NCBI GenBank assembly: GCA_937625935.1
Contig: OW569383.1
Location: 379,333 to 443,332 of the forward strand
Direction: 5' to 3'
Origin: Tetramitus jugosus
Lineage: Eukaryota; Protista; Heterolobosea
DNA length: 64,000 nucleotides
Part shown: one piece after another, positions 1 through 10,936 of the stretch
Layout of the letters: every line of letters begins with the position of its first letter
Position numbering within the stretch: the first letter of the stretch is position 1
Notes under the pieces: generated by a model
Database searches by the model: none
The model's input: only the letters and a program-made list of their open reading frames with translations
What the model was told of the DNA's origin: nothing
Translations under genes and position numbers: made by a program

Positions 1-383
1 TCAACTACCTCCTCGTATTTCCCGTGTCCTTTGATAATATTGTCCTGTAACTCTCTTCTCTGGTTCTTTAGAGCTTGAAGTCTCTGCTCTCTCAACATTC
101 TGAAATCTGATTCCTCTTCATCATCGAAAAAGTCGTCGTCATCGTCTTCATTTTGAGCTCTTGATGATTGATTTTCAGTGTTGTGGGCTGATAGGTCGGA
201 AGTACCCTTGGTTTGGATACTGTTCTTGGTGGAGCTTGAAATATCATCCCGTGGCTTTCCTCCTCTTTCTTTTTGCACATTGGCCATGGCTTGTTGAAGA
301 ATAACCGATTGAGTAGCTTGTTCAAAGGCATTGGCTGCTTGAGCAGACTTATCTTCACTGTTGAAACCTTTAGCTTTGAACAT
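1..383 (-). CDS. TXNDC9: Thioredoxin domain-containing protein 9 / phosducin-like protein 3, 5' part (runs off the window start; absent from the ORF track)
   Basis: Manual translation from ATG at 383: MFKAKGFNSEDKSAQ...DDDDDFFDDEEESDFRMLREQRLQALKNQRRELQDNIIKGHGKYEEVV, open to position 1. Acidic tract plus LRExRLxxLK...GHGxYxE is the PLP3/TXNDC9 N-terminal signature. Confidence 0.8.
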   Translation of the reverse strand, partial: MFKAKGFNSEDKSAQAANAFEQATQSVILQQAMANVQKERGGKPRDDISSSTKNSIQTKGTSDLSAHNTENQSSRAQNEDDDDDFFDDEEESDFRMLREQRLQALKNQRRELQDNIIKGHGKYEEVV

Positions 384-826
384 CTTTTTAGAGGTAAAAT
401 ATCAATGTCTGTTTTGTATTACGACAACAAGACTCTTGAACTTTGTGCTTTACTCGAAGAAAAAAGTTGTGTGGGCCCGCTTGTGAATCTCCTCCAGTAA
501 TGCGCTCGGAATCAGAACTGGCGCCAAAGGTTTTTTTCACCGGTCCGCATTGAGAAACACGACTTGAACTCAGGAATATCCTTTGACAAAAATACTCCAA
601 CGCAGTATTTTTCTCCGAATACACAAAAAATTGTGCGCAGAGTTGCGTACGAAATTACACCGCAAGCAGAAACCTCGACACCACACCAAAAACAAAAACG
701 ACTTTCTAAGACGCACAAACGAGAACAAAAATTGTTCAATTCATTACATTAGGCACCATCAACACAACACGAAGCACAACTCGCTACCTGCCCTGACACC
801 CACATACCAGCAGAAAACTATCCCCC

Positions 827-3800
827 ATGAAGCGTCATCGACTTTCCTGCACTTGCAACAACAACAATAGCAATAGCAATAATACGAACAACAACAATGT
901 TCACGAAAGCTCTTGCTCAGCTTCTTCATCCCCACCTGAAATGATGACTGATACCAATGATGCGACATGCACCTTGGTGGACTCTGCGCGTGCCACTTTT
1001 CCCGGTGATATTCCCACTAGAAACATTCCTCGAAGAAAATATCACTATTCTCACCAACAACAACACCATCAACACCATGATCACCTTCAGTATGATCACA
1101 ACAACAACAACGGTGTGAATAATGTTGGTGGCTCTATTCATCCATCCAATCCAATGGATCATCATCACCATGATGAACAGCACCACGCAAGCAATGCTGC
1201 TGCAACGACTCAAACTGCTGGTCCCAACAATATTTTTGAAGTACCCCATTTTTTAAAGAATAACACCGGTATGAACAATACTACGATGATTACCTTTAGT
1301 AACAATTACAATGACAAGAAGCAAACTTCGGATTGTACGGAAGGTATCATCATTTCTTCTGCGATCCCAAACTATAACAACAGCGAGGCCAATAATAATA
1401 ATAATAAGATTACCTCTTATCAACAGAATGAAGGTGATGACAATGAATGCATTCCATGCATGCGTTTCACAAAGAGACAGAAAAAAGCCTGCACCATTTG
1501 CAAACTTCCTACATCCATTCTCTCACTCGTGACTCGATATCTGAACAAGTTTGATTTGTTTTGCGTATTGAGTCTCACATGTCGCGTATTTTACAATATT
1601 GTCCATAACGTGACATGTTGGCATGATCGGATGTTTGCTGTTTGTGATCAAAGCTTGGAGCACATGACCCACACGACATTTATGACACTTGTCGAACAAT
1701 GCCAGTTCAGACATTTGTGTATTTGGCAAGATGGCGAAACGAATCAAAACAATAATAACAACAATAATAGTCGTCGTGGTTGTATATCTTCTCTCTTTAA
1801 TTTGGGAGCATCGGTAAACAAAGTATTGTCGAGAGAAGTATTCGGAACAAAGTCGCTGTGTGCTCTATTTCAATGTACAAAAGAAACAATACCTTTCCTG
1901 AGAAATTTGAAGACATTGGTATTGAAAACGAAATTTGCAACATCGAAACATATATTCTTGGCGATGCAAACATGCCCAGAACTTGAAACACTGACGTTTA
2001 TATACGATGGCACGCAATCATCGCCCAGTACTGTCAAGAGTTTTGGTACTGCGACAATAAATGCTGTAGAAGGAGCTCTGTGTGATATTAGGAGAACATT
2101 GGCTGCCTCTACGGTCAAGAACTCTCCAATTGAACAATATGCTCCGAAAATTGCATTGCTCAAAGACAAGGTGAAATGTAGGACACTGACTCACTTCAAG
2201 ATTATTCAAAACGATCCTCACTTGTGTCCATTTATGAAGCAGCAACTCACAGTGTTCACTCACTTGGTTCTCATAACTCAAAAGAATCTGAAGAAGATTG
2301 AATTGAGCTCACAAGTAAGCTTCCTGTGTTGTGATACCTTTGTGAAATATGGAAATGAATTATTCTTTGATCATCTACGGGAGATTGTGTTGAATGGCCA
2401 TACGATCTCTAATGACGCTCTTAGTGCTCTACTATCCAAATGCCCCAATCTATCCGATCTCGTGCTACATAATATGCCATCGCTTACGACCCAATCTTTG
2501 GCTCACCTACCCTCGTCGCTCACTAGTCTCTGTATTTTGAACTGCCCTCGCATTGGTGTCTCGTCCAGCGATGTTATCATTCCACCACTGTGCAATCTGA
2601 CAAAATTGAGCTTTACATCGAAATTGGACACTGCTGATGAAAATCTCATCAGAAGTGAGGCACTGCTAGTGTGGAAATTGTTCACATCCTGTGATTCGGC
2701 TAAGCTCAAGGACCTCATGTTTAACACTCATGGCATCTACAATCCCTATCAAGTATTTTGTTGCAATGTTGTGTGTGACAAACTCAGAAATCTGAGCAAC
2801 ATTTGTCTGATGAATAGTGACTTGAATGCTGATATTTGTAGTTTTATTAGCTCAAACGAACATAGCGATATGACAGTAGCTGTGATTCAGGACAACTCAA
2901 CGGCGTTGCCCAATTTACCAAAGTGTGCTGTCAAATCACTCTCCGAAAAATGCAAGTGTTTAGTTGTTAGATCGTATACATTGCCCGGTGATTGGCTAGA
3001 GACATTTGCAACCAATCACACGACTACAAAGAGCCTCCAGCTCATGAACTGTGCTGTCAACTATCAACCGACTGTGTTCCCGCAGAACCGACCACAGAAT
3101 TCATGCTCAACTGTGGAGGATCTGTCTCTACTGTCACATTGTGCATTCCCGCTCGACTTTTACACAAGGATCTTCTCCACATTTAACTGTGTGAAAACGT
3201 TGAAACTGTCAGAGCTGAATCCATTGCCAGTATATACATTGTCAATCATTTCCCAGCACTGCCCAATGCTCGAATCACTTTTCATTGACGATTGCACCTA
3301 CCCTGTACTCTCGGATCAAGATGCGGAGAACTTTAGAGTTCCTCTATGCTCCTTTGAGAATCTGAAGGTACTAGAAGTTTGTAACTGTTCTAATCCATCG
3401 CTCCAACAGCTGTGTCTACTACTGTTGTCAATGAGGAATGTTGAGAAGATTTGCTTCAATGCTCGAACCAGCAGTGGTATGGAGATTCAACACACACCGG
3501 GAGGTATTCAGCTCTCACTCGTGAATAATCTGAACTCTGGCTTCTTTGTCCAGATGAAGCAAATTATTCAACAAGTGATTTGCTGTCGCAAAACTTCATG
3601 CCTGTCCATGAAAACGTTTTGGGAATGGCAATTGTTTGTCGATGTGTTCCGCAATGTATACCATGAGATATTTGAGGATCACAAAGTTCGTGTACAAACA
3701 CGCTTAGCTACTCCACTCGTGGACCCAGAGAGATTCCCTTTCCAAGAGCTAAAAAGCTGTCTCGAGAGCTGGTTGACTGAAGATAACGCGTATATTGTGC

Positions 3801-3973
3801 TGCGACAGAAGCCAGATCGCCTGGCCTCACTCGGTGAAATCGAACAAACCAAGATACTGGAGAAGTTTACAGCAGATGATTTGAAGATCAAGCAGGGTGC
3901 GATCAACAAAGGCTTCAGAGTTGCACTGCCCATCTTGTTCCACTACTTCATGGTATGCCTGGTTCAAGCGTAA
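827..3973 (+). CDS. F-box/leucine-rich repeat protein (FBXL-like)
   Basis: 1048-aa ORF with Asn/His-rich N-terminus, F-box-like motif KLPTSILSLVTRYLNKFDLFCVLSLTCRVFYNIV, then cysteine-type LRRs (CPELETLTF, CPNLSDLVL, CPMLESLFI). Confidence 0.85.
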   Translation: MKRHRLSCTCNNNNSNSNNTNNNNVHESSCSASSSPPEMMTDTNDATCTLVDSARATFPGDIPTRNIPRRKYHYSHQQQHHQHHDHLQYDHNNNNGVNNVGGSIHPSNPMDHHHHDEQHHASNAAATTQTAGPNNIFEVPHFLKNNTGMNNTTMITFSNNYNDKKQTSDCTEGIIISSAIPNYNNSEANNNNNKITSYQQNEGDDNECIPCMRFTKRQKKACTICKLPTSILSLVTRYLNKFDLFCVLSLTCRVFYNIVHNVTCWHDRMFAVCDQSLEHMTHTTFMTLVEQCQFRHLCIWQDGETNQNNNNNNNSRRGCISSLFNLGASVNKVLSREVFGTKSLCALFQCTKETIPFLRNLKTLVLKTKFATSKHIFLAMQTCPELETLTFIYDGTQSSPSTVKSFGTATINAVEGALCDIRRTLAASTVKNSPIEQYAPKIALLKDKVKCRTLTHFKIIQNDPHLCPFMKQQLTVFTHLVLITQKNLKKIELSSQVSFLCCDTFVKYGNELFFDHLREIVLNGHTISNDALSALLSKCPNLSDLVLHNMPSLTTQSLAHLPSSLTSLCILNCPRIGVSSSDVIIPPLCNLTKLSFTSKLDTADENLIRSEALLVWKLFTSCDSAKLKDLMFNTHGIYNPYQVFCCNVVCDKLRNLSNICLMNSDLNADICSFISSNEHSDMTVAVIQDNSTALPNLPKCAVKSLSEKCKCLVVRSYTLPGDWLETFATNHTTTKSLQLMNCAVNYQPTVFPQNRPQNSCSTVEDLSLLSHCAFPLDFYTRIFSTFNCVKTLKLSELNPLPVYTLSIISQHCPMLESLFIDDCTYPVLSDQDAENFRVPLCSFENLKVLEVCNCSNPSLQQLCLLLLSMRNVEKICFNARTSSGMEIQHTPGGIQLSLVNNLNSGFFVQMKQIIQQVICCRKTSCLSMKTFWEWQLFVDVFRNVYHEIFEDHKVRVQTRLATPLVDPERFPFQELKSCLESWLTEDNAYIVLRQKPDRLASLGEIEQTKILEKFTADDLKIKQGAINKGFRVALPILFHYFMVCLVQA

Positions 3974-4310
3974 TTCTTAGAACGGAAAAAAGCGCGAATA
4001 ATAAATTGTCCGCACTTGAGGAGAAATGCGCATCTTTTAGTCAACCGAACAAAAAATTTTATTTTGTAACCCCATAAAAACTAAGTTCAAAGATACGAGT
4101 TCGGTCAATTTCGACTTTGCAGAGGAACCAGCTTGCCAGGAAACTTACAGGTTGCCCACCGAAACCAAAAAACTCAGCACACGAAACGAATTTACACACC
4201 ACACAACTCTAAGAATTACCTTACCTTTCAAAGTGACTTTTACTACCACTTCAACCAATAACAACCACAGCAACATTAGCTCCAACCACCAATTAGACGA
4301 CTTATTCACA

Positions 4311-5810
4311 ATGATGACCACTACCAACGTCTCCACTCACAACAACAACAACATGAACGAACAATTATTGTTATCTCCATTCGACATTGATGTGAACGAC
4401 CAACTCTTTGACTCACCAATGTTTACCAACCATTCCAACCACAACCACAACAGCAACTCGAATAACCTTCAACTTCTTTCCCCTCTCTTGCTTTCACCAC
4501 ACCATGGCGAAGGTTTTGACGGCTTATTCAACGATATTATCCACAACAACAATCATTCTTATTACCATCATCAGGATCCCTATCATCATAAGGACGGTGC
4601 GGCGAATGTGAATGCCGTGATGGCTGCCAATCATCCCACACCAACTGATACCACTGTTTATGACCAAAATGATTTTCTCTCACAGTATTTGACCTCGAGT
4701 TCCTCCAGTGGTCAAGACTCCATGAATCGCTGGCATAATTCAGATCCACCTCCCTTGCCGCAACTAATGGACAGTCCCACAACTACAACGCAACCTCAAG
4801 CTGCAGCTCCAATAAGACCCTCATTAATGAGACTTGAAGTCAACACTCAGTTTGACGAGACTCAAAAGGCAAAGAGAGTAATCACATCCACCAACAACAC
4901 TACCTCAACTACTACATCAAACAATAACAATAATACCCAAAAAAATAATACAAAAAAAACAACAACAACATCAGTAGTAGCAGTACAAGAGGAAGAAGAC
5001 AATGAAACAGAAGAAGGAATGGAAGCTGGGTCCAGAGGATGGCAAACCGTGTTTGTCGATCCAAAGTATGCCAACTCCATCTCTATTGAATTGAGCAGCA
5101 AGACACGATGTGAAGAACCGTGCTCTGAAGTACCATCCAAGATGTACAGCTCACTCAAGTATGAAATTAGACATCATGCTACTGGTGAACTGTGTGATCA
5201 AGTGGCCTTCCTGCTGGCAAGAATCTCTGTTGTCGACTCTGTCAACTTTGAAGAGATTAAGAAGGACAACCGACCTGTGCTCAAGGGAGTTGTCGAATCC
5301 GCATTGACCAAACCACCTGGTGACACTAGATCTCAACAAAAGCTCTATGGTGTTCTCAAGTGTCAATTCACTGATGTGTCCTATCATCACAAGAAGAGAG
5401 ACTTTTGTTGGCAGATTGGTCTGTTTAGACCTGATGACCTCGAAAGTCCAATCATGATTCTTCGAAGTGCACCTTACAAGGTGTTTGCTAGAAAGCCTGC
5501 CACCAACAAGAAGAGAAAAAGAGAGACTACTACTACCACCACTATGAACGCAGAGAATGATTCATCATTCACTTCCACTTCTGCTGCCACAAGTAGTACT
5601 AGTAGTAGCAACAATGCCAATGGTTGGGACCAGTTCCAGAATCGTCTTGATGATTTGTTTAGAGATGCCAAGAGAATGAAGGTGGACGACAAGAGGAAGG
5701 TTGTAGGAATGTTGTGTGAGAAGATGATGGCCCTTGATGGTGCTCTCTTTTCACAAACTGTCATGAATCTGCAACAACAATTTTCTGTTGTTGAAGAAGC
5801 ACAGGACTAA
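4311..5810 (+). CDS. Putative transcription factor with low-complexity N-terminus and predicted Ig-fold (p53-like/CBP60/CudA-type) DNA-binding domain
   Basis: First in-frame ATG at 4311. Asn/His/Thr-rich N-terminus, then a beta-rich domain ending QFTDVSYHHKKRDFCWQI...RSAPYKVFARKP, then basic NLS KKRKR. Confidence 0.6.
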   Translation: MMTTTNVSTHNNNNMNEQLLLSPFDIDVNDQLFDSPMFTNHSNHNHNSNSNNLQLLSPLLLSPHHGEGFDGLFNDIIHNNNHSYYHHQDPYHHKDGAANVNAVMAANHPTPTDTTVYDQNDFLSQYLTSSSSSGQDSMNRWHNSDPPPLPQLMDSPTTTTQPQAAAPIRPSLMRLEVNTQFDETQKAKRVITSTNNTTSTTTSNNNNNTQKNNTKKTTTTSVVAVQEEEDNETEEGMEAGSRGWQTVFVDPKYANSISIELSSKTRCEEPCSEVPSKMYSSLKYEIRHHATGELCDQVAFLLARISVVDSVNFEEIKKDNRPVLKGVVESALTKPPGDTRSQQKLYGVLKCQFTDVSYHHKKRDFCWQIGLFRPDDLESPIMILRSAPYKVFARKPATNKKRKRETTTTTTMNAENDSSFTSTSAATSSTSSSNNANGWDQFQNRLDDLFRDAKRMKVDDKRKVVGMLCEKMMALDGALFSQTVMNLQQQFSVVEEAQD

Positions 5811-6666
5811 ACAACGTTCACTCCACACTATCAACCAAGTTGTTGGCACGCAGTCAACAACACCTCTCTGAAGCACCAATCTCTTGGTGATTTCAACAAC
5901 TGGAATGATTCTCAATCAGCCATACCATGTGATTGCTCAACTTGAGCCTTTCACTATCAATCGTGCACATCCACTTGTCTGTGAAACCACATGTGTGAAT
6001 ACTGTGTTTACTTGTTGACCCCCATGTAAGAGTTTGGTCAACTGACGAGTTTCTCTCACATACAGACATGCAAGTACAAAAGGTCGAGTTGCGTGCGATT
6101 GCTTTGTAAGAGTGATGATTTTTGCTGTTATCATTGCTCAGGTACACTTCGCAGCAACAACCTTTACTTGGATCTCTGCACACAATTTTCTTTGATCAGT
6201 GCTCTGAAAGCAAAGTACTTATCAACGAATTTCAAACCGGTGTTGGATGTTGCAATGTTTAACCCAAACACGGCATCACCCCTCACCAAAACCACACCGA
6301 TGATTCGTCATCAAAGAGATTTGTGACTAGGACTTCTCACGTGTCTTTTCATTGAGATGCGAGTTTAGTCGAGTAACAGATCGACATTTTTTCAAAGGAG
6401 TTGCCCATCCTCTGAGAAGTTGAACCACCGTTTAGCCTTCTTTCGCCCACCGTTGTCCCGCCTTAAACATTTTCTCATCGCTTCTTCGATGTACTTTTCG
6501 CGCATTTCACACCGAGTATTCACTCCCTGCTTTGTCCCACTCTCTCACATACAAACATGCAAGTCAAACCAAGGCATGTCTCGTGATGAACCCAACAAAA
6601 AGAACTGACAGCAAGCAAATCATGTTTATTCATGACACATTGTCAAACAGTGATGCACATGACATC

Positions 6667-6984
6667 CTAGTTGTTCTTTGATTCTGCTTCTTCGAGCGAT
6701 CGCATCAAAATATTGATTCTGTACTTTAGCTTCTCGTTCTCAGTCTTCAATTCATCTCTCTGCTGCACCAATTGCTTCTTCTGACTGATAGCATCGGATG
6801 CTTCCTTTTGTTCCTTGACCAACGTTTCTCTCAAGTGTTTCAATTGCTTCAAAACTGATTGAGTGAATTGTTGGTTATCATTTTGGTCTTGGCTCTTTTG
6901 TTGTTCCAATTGAGTGTTGAGTTGCTTCAATTCAGTTTCGGCCTTTGTTGCCCTTTGTTCCAATTGCTCGATTTGTGTCTCCAT
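6667..6984 (-). CDS. Small coiled-coil protein with ArgRS-leucine-zipper-like C-terminus
   Basis: 105-aa ATG-initiated heptad-rich ORF; C-terminal ENEKLKYRINILMRSLEE. Confidence 0.75.
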   Translation of the reverse strand: METQIEQLEQRATKAETELKQLNTQLEQQKSQDQNDNQQFTQSVLKQLKHLRETLVKEQKEASDAISQKKQLVQQRDELKTENEKLKYRINILMRSLEEAESKNN

Positions 6985-7167
6985 CTTTCGTTGTTCCTTG
7001 TTGTGTGTTTTCGAGATGTTTGTGTGTAATTTTGGGCAGGAAGGTTTTTTTCCTGCCTAATGGAAAGCAAACGCCGAACAAGATCAACAACAGCAATATC
7101 TTCCATAAGTTCTGGCCAGAAAATGTTTCGTTCAACAACCTTTAAACCACTGACCAAGCCATTGAAC

Positions 7168-8862
7168 ATGAGCAAGCTAACAAATGAGGATGATGTCGAT
7201 CATTTGGAATATGTTGATTATTCAGTCGATGGCTCCTCAGACTTCTCATCCGACAAGGAAGAGATCCATGCTTACTGTGAACATGTGCTTTGTGATGCAA
7301 AGCTCATGGAAGAGCATCGATGCATTGAGAACATGATCTCGGAGAGTGTTCAATTTCCGATTGGTCCGCTTGTGTTCAAGTCGAAAAAGCATCACAAGGT
7401 AGTTCATGCTGCACTCAAGGCCATTCTCGATTTCCACAGAGCAAGCGACGCAAGCAGTGGTGACGGAGATTCGAGCTTGTTTACAGCGGAACAAATTGAG
7501 ACGGTTCATGTGCTCATGAAGAGATATCCCGTGAAGCAAAATTCTCGTCTCGTTCTCTTGTCGATTCACGACCCTCAATCGGAGGCGTTTGGTCCTCGTC
7601 AAGGCATTGATTTTTGGTGTTGTGATCTACCGTTGGCATCATCTTCGTCTGCTTCTTCTAAACCATTGAAACAATATTTGGTTTCATCCGCCGACATCTA
7701 CGGAAAAAACAAGAGATCAGCCCTGGCTAAATTATTTGAAATTCTTCGTGCGTACATCTCTAGGTCTTGCCTATGCAATCTCAGAGCTGCATTGACATTG
7801 GATGCTGGTTATGACACCTTTTTTGGTTGCGAGTTCTTTATGGAGTCAGCGGACAAGTTGGAGATGTTGAAGCAAGTGGAGGCATATGCAGAGGCTAGTC
7901 GTGTCAACAGTAAGTTGCGCAACAGAGCTGATTATCAGAAATTTGTGTTGTCTCTGGAGCCAGAGGGTTCTGGCAATGAGGAGTCAGGGACTACAACCAC
8001 AGGATCATCATCTTCTGCTTCTAACTCTGCTACTACTGGTCAAACAGATCAAGCAGAAACAACTCCTTCAACATCTGCTGCCACTTCTAGCGCTTCTGAG
8101 AACAACGAAAACAACGATGATGATGACGGAGACAGCGACGAAGAAGAAAAGGATGACGCAGATAAATTTGCGAACGTAAATCGTAGAGATCTAATTGGCT
8201 GCGCGACTCGTCTGCTTGCAGTTGCTCCATTTGAAGCAGATCCTATCAAAGTTCCAAAGCTAATGCACAAGTACCTCAGTGTTTGTCTACAGTTTCCATT
8301 TGTTGCTGACTTTTATGGTCTACCTGTTTGGGTTACAGGTGTCGACCGCGGGTACAAACATGGAGTGTCTCTGGTCTGTCAATTTTTGAAACCGAGTGGT
8401 GTGGCCCATGCAATTGCTGAGGCGACAAGAGTACAATCACAAAATGCTACAACGACAGACACTCCATCAACAACCTCATCAGACAATGAAGAACACAGCG
8501 ATGAGAATGACGGCGATAGCGATGAACCTAGTGGCAGACCTCCGAAGAGAGCGAGAATCACTTCTGAAGCATCAGGTAGTGCAAGTAACAGCACAAGTAG
8601 CAGTGCAAGTTCGACTGGTGTATCCGGTAGTAATAGTGTGGCTCGAGATATCGAACTGGTTGGTCCTTCATTTGTAGTGTCTGCGGACGAGATAACGTTT
8701 GTTCCGTTGGACAATAAGGATTCAAATCAGAAGGTCATTTCGGACTACCAACTGTGGCTCAACTCCTGTACCTACTTTACAAAGGACAATCTAGAGCGCT
8801 ACTACGACATTGCCAGCAATCCTCCTCTTTGCCTCTTCGTGCCACCCAATGGTTTCCAGTAA
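7168..8862 (+). CDS. Uncharacterised protein with acidic/Ser-rich linkers and a C-terminal CcbP-like domain
   Basis: Long ORF (alternative ATG at 7060); motifs YLSVCLQFPFVA and SNQKVISDYQLWL; NLS-like PPKRAR. Confidence 0.75.
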   Translation: MSKLTNEDDVDHLEYVDYSVDGSSDFSSDKEEIHAYCEHVLCDAKLMEEHRCIENMISESVQFPIGPLVFKSKKHHKVVHAALKAILDFHRASDASSGDGDSSLFTAEQIETVHVLMKRYPVKQNSRLVLLSIHDPQSEAFGPRQGIDFWCCDLPLASSSSASSKPLKQYLVSSADIYGKNKRSALAKLFEILRAYISRSCLCNLRAALTLDAGYDTFFGCEFFMESADKLEMLKQVEAYAEASRVNSKLRNRADYQKFVLSLEPEGSGNEESGTTTTGSSSSASNSATTGQTDQAETTPSTSAATSSASENNENNDDDDGDSDEEEKDDADKFANVNRRDLIGCATRLLAVAPFEADPIKVPKLMHKYLSVCLQFPFVADFYGLPVWVTGVDRGYKHGVSLVCQFLKPSGVAHAIAEATRVQSQNATTTDTPSTTSSDNEEHSDENDGDSDEPSGRPPKRARITSEASGSASNSTSSSASSTGVSGSNSVARDIELVGPSFVVSADEITFVPLDNKDSNQKVISDYQLWLNSCTYFTKDNLERYYDIASNPPLCLFVPPNGFQ

Positions 8863-9028
8863 TGAGTGGTGTTATCATTGTATAAAAACCGTTGATCTGT
8901 AACTTTGCGATTCCCTGTCGGAATAATAACGCACGATCTGATGTGTTGTCTTGATCTCTTTTTCAGCTGAGAGAAAACAGCAATTGATACCAATCAAAAA
9001 CAATAGCAATCTGTTCATATTCAATATA

Positions 9029-10716
9029 ATGTCCATTCCATTTACTCAGTCCTACGATAGAGAAGCCATCTTCCCAAAGAACCTTCAATTGTTCATTAAC
9101 AATGAATGGGTTCCTGCAGACAGTGGCAAGACCTTTCCAGTGATCAAGTATGTTGCCTTTTTTTTTGTGTGTGATTGCACACATATCTGTTCTCTCCTCT
9201 CAGTCGATTAACAACTCGATCATGTGAAAGTCCTGTTGATGGATCAGAATTGTGTCGCGTGTCTGAAGCTGATAAATCTGATGTGAACAAGGCTGTCGAA
9301 TGCGCTGAGAGTGCATTGAACGGTGAATGGAAGAAAATGGGAGCCAAGGGAAGGCAAGACTTGTTGCTCAAGCTTGGAGAGCTATGGAAGACAAAGGTTG
9401 AATCAATGTCCGTGTTGGAATCGTTGAACAATGGTACTTCTATTTCTTTGCAAAAGAGTGTGATTGAGTCATTGATCAATGAAATTCGTTATCATGCTGG
9501 ATCCTGTGATAAGATTGATGGTAGAGTCGTTGGAGTCGATGGAGCCATGGGAGATTTTCACGTGTACACTACAAGAGAGCCAATTGGTGTCTGCGGTATG
9601 ATTATCGCATGGAATTTGCCATTGTGGTGCCTCATGGTGAAGCTCATGCCATGTCTCGCCATGGGCAACACTGTTGTTGTAAAACCTGCTGAACAAACAC
9701 CATTGACAGCGTTGGTTGTGGCCGATATGTTGAAGCAAGTTGGTTTTCCACCTGGAGTTGTCAATATTCTACCAGGTTTTGGACCAACGGCCGGTGCAGC
9801 CATCTCAGAGCACATGAAAGTGCGAAAGATTGCCTTTACTGGTTCCACTGAGGTTGGGCGTCTAATGTTGAAGGCCTCTGCTGATAGTAACTTGAAACAA
9901 ATTCAATTGGAGCTCGGTGGAAAATCGCCACTCATTATATTTGAGGACTCTGATTTGGATGAGGCAGTAGAAATTGCTGCTTCGGCACTGTTTAGGTATG
10001 TGAATCTTTGTTCATTTTGTTCCATCATCATCTAACTAACTAACGTGTATACTTGTGTGTGACAACACTTTATGATTGCCAATAATAGTAACAATGGACA
10101 GCAATGTGATGCTGGTAGCAGAACATTTGTTCACGAGAGTATTTATGACGCATTTGTCGAGAAGGCTGTGGCAAAAGCAAAGACATTGAAGATTGGAGAT
10201 CCATTGAACCCTGAAACCGATATTGGACCACTGGTCAATATCGAGCAGTATGAAAGAGTGTTGCAATATATTGAAACTGGTAAGAGAGAAGGTGCTAAGC
10301 TTGCTTACGGAGGGGCCAATCTCTCCAAGGAGCAGTACGGCGGCAAAGGTTACTATGTACAACCAACAGTGTTTGTTGACGTCACAGATGACATGACCAT
10401 TTATCGCGAAGAAATATTCGGACCTGTTCAAAGTATTATCAAGTTCAGCTCATTGCAAGAAGTTATGGATCGCGCCAATGACACTGCTTACGGCCTTGCC
10501 GGTGGTGTTATCAGCAAAGATATGTCCAAGATATTTGCAGTGACAAGAAATCTCAAGGCAGGAACAATTTGGGTCAACAACTATGCCACGGTGATGCCAG
10601 AAGCTGAATTCGGAGGAGTCAAACAGTCCGGATTCGGAAGAGAAGGTGGTGTTACTGCTCTGAGCGAATGGACAAACTTGAAAACAGTTTTCATGAAAGT
10701 TCCAAACATTCTCTAA
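9029..10716 (+). CDS. NAD-dependent aldehyde dehydrogenase (ALDH1/2-like); exons 9029-9147, 9231-9995, 10089-10716
   Basis: GTATGT..AG introns at 9148-9230 and 9996-10088 restore VINPVDG and LFSNNGQQC. Motifs FINNEW, AWNLP, KPAEQTP, FTGSTEVG, LELGGKSP (catalytic Glu), GQQCDAGSR (catalytic Cys), EEIFGPV, FGGVKQSGFGRE. Confidence 0.95.
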
Positions 10717-10936
10717 GAAGAAATCCTCGCTGTAATACAGCAAAGACTTTTTGTACTTTGTATAGTAGAGTGTATTGCATCCACCATAAAATCATCAATT
10801 TTGTAATGCACTCTGCCCATTTTTTCACACTCCGAAATTGTGGCGGACAAATATTTTCTTCTTCACCATCAAAATTGACCAAAACAACACACGCACCACC
10901 AACATCAATTAACCACAACAACAACAAACAACAAAT

